Origin: Octopus sinensis
Lineage: Eukaryota
DNA length: 56,114 bases
Reading direction: 5' to 3'
Assembly: GCF_006345805.1 (NCBI RefSeq)
Contig: NW_021833805.1
Span: forward strand, 1-56,114
Positions 51,793 through 56,114 of this stretch are shown here, one piece after another; position 1 is the stretch's first letter, and each line of letters opens with the position of its first letter. The translations under genes were made by a program, and so were the position numbers. The notes beneath the pieces were generated by a model. It was not told the DNA's origin. It did not search any database and was given only the letters and a program-made list of their open reading frames with translations.

Positions 51793-52597
51793 GAGAGAGA
51801 TAGAAAGAGAGAAGGAGAGAGATGTGAAAGTGCTCGATGTCTTCCTGACCAATACATGAGACAAGATAATTCCAACCCTTTCTTTTTTCTTCTCCCTATT
51901 TTCCAACCAATTATCTGCTGTTTCTACTGAGAGGTTCTACAAATGCCAGCAAAATGTAGTAACGAACGGTTTTCGTTTGATATAAATAAAAGACACTTGA
52001 GTGACAATGGATAAATGAAAAGAAATTTTGTGAGACATATGGCAGTTCGATTTGAAGGGAAAAAAAAGGAGTCGAAGCAATTAATTATTGAATTTGAAAC
52101 AAAAGGCAATAATTGATACAAAGTCCTTCTAATGACATACGCAAGGGTGAGATTTTGAGAGAAAGCATTTAAATGATAAAAAGTGGATGGTGAGAGACAG
52201 GTGTAGGAAATTTACAAAATTTGTTTACACAGCTTTTCAAAAACTTCTCAAATAAAATTCAAATTCAAGTGGGAGATTTTCACATTCTTCAAGAATATAA
52301 AACCAATCTGTCGGAAGAATAAAGTTATTCAAAATATATTTCGATGTCTGCATTTCAATTTCCTAAATTAATTCGCTGCTTGAATTTAGCAGATTAAAGA
52401 GAAGAATGGGGATTAACATAATTTTCAGTCGTGCATAAATTACAAAAAAAAAAAAAAAAATAAAAAAAATAAAATAAAATAAAATATGCTTTTGAGAAGC
52501 TGGTTATTGATCTATTAATTTTAAAGACTTAGCAACTGTAAATTCGGCGCCTGATAAATAATGATTGTTTCATCCTCCAGATTCCTAATATATTCTT

Positions 52598-52999
52598 TTC
52601 TATTCTAGGAACAAAGCCCGAAATTTTGGAGGAGGGGGCAAGTCGATTAGATCGACCCGAGTACGCAACTGGTACTCAATTTATCGACCTCAAAAGGATA
52701 AAAGGCAAAGCCGACCTCAGCGGAATTTGAACTCAGAACACAAAGACGGACGAAATACCTATTTCTATTTCTTTACTATCCACAAGGGGCTAAACACCGA
52801 GAGAACAAACAAGGACAGACAAACGGATTAAGTCGATTATATCGACCCCAGTGCGCAACTGGCACTTATTTAATCGACCCCGAAAGGATGAAAGGCAAAG
52901 TCGACCATGGCGGAATTTGAACTCAGAACGTAAAGACGGACGAAATACCGCTAAGCATTATTGCCCGGCATGCTAACGGTTCTGCTAGCTCGCTGCCTA
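52598..52999 (-). mobile_element. SINE family A dimer-type copy
   Basis: Two body units joined by gaaatacctatttctatttctttactatccacaagg. Confidence 0.9.
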
Positions 53000-54653
53000 A
53001 GATTCTTAATATATTGTAATACCGTTTCTCAGCCTTTCTGAAAATATAGTAAAATGTTTCTTCTTTTGGAATCATGTTTCCTAAATCCTCCGTTTATTTC
53101 GCACGGAGATCCCTGGCAAATTATACTCTGCACCACGCCTTCATTAAACCCTTCCGGGCGGATTTAGTATTGAGAGTCTGTGCTGTGTTTCGGTATGCGG
53201 CGTTTCAGCATCTACATCATTTTTCATACAAGGAATGTTACAGTGTATTTACAGATCCTACTTGGCGTGGTACATTTGAAAACATGGCACCGCACAGAGC
53301 ATCGCACTGCTCACACACATAGTAATTCCATACGGCCAGTACTGCTTCCCATCTGCAAGGGGCAATATTTTAGAATTTACACTGGCATTGGATATTTAAT
53401 GATGAGAAGTGTCATGGTTTCTTCTGTCGATTCTACGTATAAAATTAGCAAAGTTTAGAGATGGTTTAGTGAGACGCTACGTCCAAGCTAAAAAGTGGAT
53501 TTTACGGAACTTTGTTTGCAGTTGCGTTGTATTTTAAGTAAGAATAATATTATTGACTTTTGCCATGGAAAGGTTAAAAGATGCTTGATGCATAGAAATA
53601 TTAGATATGCCTCTGCAAATATTGATAACTAACATTTGAAATCTATAGAAGAATGATTCGAATTATTGGAATATATAAGTATGTATAATTACACACGCAC
53701 ACACTCACACACACAGACATACAGAGACAAACACAATCTCTCTCTCTCTTTCTCTCTCAAACACACACACACACAGACACACAGTCACACACATTAGGTT
53801 CTTATAGGGTTTCCAACTTGTAGAAGTTTTTGAATGTTTATTTCTGAGAAATTAACCTCAGAGAAAGTTCACGATTTATATTCCTATCAAAGCATATTTT
53901 AAGCAACATCATAACTGCACACTACTGCAATAAATAACCAATGAATTTGATCCCAGTACAGTCATCATAATATAATACAGCTTTCCTAACCTGTATTACA
54001 AGTCTTCGCAACAGCCATGATGTTGGTTTCAATAAGATGGTGATGAAGTATCTTCCGAAATAGTCTTTTTATGAAAAAGAGGTGAAGACAATATTAATAA
54101 AATCAATAATTTTGTATGGTATTTTATATACCTGTATTTGACTTTGTTGTCCAAATAGATGTCATTGACCATGTTTAATTTTATATACATTACTTAGGCC
54201 CTGCATATATTCTCTCTTTTGTAAGTCTAAGTCTGTTGGTTCCTGGATAATTGTCGTGCTGATAACGTCTATTGAGGTAGAAACACATGTCCCCGACTCT
54301 AGACAAGAAGCCCTTCCTCTTCCCTGAATAATTCTTGACTCTCGAGATGATCACACCTTTACATATGGAGCTGATCTTAATTAGCATTTGGTAATTGAAA
54401 CGCTCTCTCTAATAGGAAGGATAATTCTAAAGACTCAAAAGTTTATGTTGTATGGTACTCCATACCAGGATGTCTCTTTCTTTCTTTCTTTCCTTCTTTC
54501 TTTCTTCCTTTCTTTCTTTCTTCGTTCTTTCTTTCCGTCTTTCTTTCTGTCTTTCTGTCTTTCTTTCTCTCCCCTTTCTCTCCCCTTCTCTCTCCTCACA
54601 CATATGTATAAAGCTAAGTATGACTATATATATATATATATATATATATAGAG

Positions 54654-54691
<38 letters not shown>

Positions 54692-55267
54692 ATGTGTGTG
54701 GTGTGTGTGGTATGTGTCTGTGTGTGTGTGTGTATGTGTACATATATAAGTAATCTCCACAGTAATCTTCCACTTTACTAGAATGAAGAACAACTCGGAA
54801 TAACGAGACTAAGACATTGAAAATTTAAAAGCCGCTAAAAAGTATTTCCATCATCAGCAGTCAAACAAATATCACAATGGTTTTGACACCTGAGCAATAC
54901 CAACACACACACACATACATACGTATATATGGGTGTGTGGGTGAGTGCTTGTGCGTGTGTGTATATATAGATAGAGAGAGAGTGAGAGGAAAAAAGGAGA
55001 GAGTGACACACACATGCGCACATATACGCCAACAACATCTATCAGTCTCTGTATGTCTGTATGTTTAATTACACACGAGATGCTATCTATCTCTTGATGA
55101 ACAGCAGTGCAGGATTATTTAAATTTTAGTGCTAAGCTGGCAGTTCCTGATTGAGGTATAGTGTTTGATTGGTAAAGGTGTTGCAGTTTATGGTTTAGAT
55201 TTAAGGCTAAACCTTAACGCCATTTTCTCTGTGTCTATCTTTGAACGTATGCATATGGATATATCTG

Positions 55268-55355
<88 letters not shown>

Positions 55356-56114
55356 AATATATATAAGTAATTTTGGGGGTTGGGTGTATGGTTAGTTGTA
55401 TCCCGATTAAAGTACTGTGATTGTCTGTGATTCTTGGAAAACGCCTATAATGGAAAACAGCAGCGGACACTCCATATACCCAGATACGAAATCAGAAGTG
55501 TCCATGGACATATGTGTGTAAGCACGCTCATAAATAGACATTTCTTCTACACACACATTCACTCACACACATATATATATATATATATATACGTGTGCGT
55601 ATATGTATGTATATACATATATATGTATTCATGTGTGTATGTATTGCATGTATGTATTGTATGTATGTATGTGTGTATGTATGTGTGTATGTATGTAGAT
55701 ATATATTTATACATATATATAGAGAGAGACAGATAGATAGATGTACCGATAGATATACCGATACATACATACATACGTAGATACACGTGTGCATACATGC
55801 ACATATATATACAAGCATACATACGTACATACATACAAAAAGGCAGACGCACAGACTCGCAGACAGAAACAGATTTAAAATGGGAAATATGGTTTCGTTT
55901 GAGCACAAAGGCTAAAAATTACATTTACTGATACCTTACCAGAATTACCCATACAATTACATACGTACAGAATCATAAACACATACACACGCACGCACAC
56001 ACGCTATACACATACATGCACGCCATATGCATGAACATGTATAAACACATACACAAGCGTCTATACATGTATGGAGAGGCGTTGACACAAACGCATATGA
56101 TAAGGTGTAATTGT

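Noticed and set aside
53074-53458. Two overlapping non-repetitive ORFs of 82 and 92 aa
   Set aside because: No recognisable motifs or consistent splice signals, and the lengths are within chance expectation.
53990-54030. Possible minus-strand start exon MAVAKTCNT ending at CAG|GTTAGG
   Set aside because: Too short, with a weak upstream acceptor and no recognisable homology; indistinguishable from chance.

Overview
This is AT-rich, microsatellite-saturated eukaryotic DNA. The dominant tRNA-derived SINE sequences are ones I recognise from Octopus genomes, so it is most likely octopus intronic or intergenic sequence (inference, no database search). I cannot identify any host protein-coding gene with confidence, and nearly all listed ORFs are translations of (TA)n, (CA)n, (TACA)n or (AAT)n repeats. 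The real coding relics are retroelement fragments: Dong/R4-like and other RLE-type LINEs, RTE 3' ends and a CR1 3' end. Non-coding elements include about 30 SINE copies of several families, an (AAT)n-embedded non-autonomous element, non-autonomous Helitron(s), a TA-flanked MITE and Penelope-like pLTR remnants. The most interesting observations are: (1) Penelope-type minimal hammerhead ribozymes with variant cores, one of them sequestered by its own inverted copy; (2) two convergent RTE 3' ends carrying tandem C2H2 zinc fingers; (3) a ~130-nt G-U-biased palindrome; (4) strand-oriented stacking of elements inside (AAT)n microsatellites; (5) several satellites that appear to have arisen from SINE or LINE segments. 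No CRISPR array, rRNA or genuine tRNA gene is supported.
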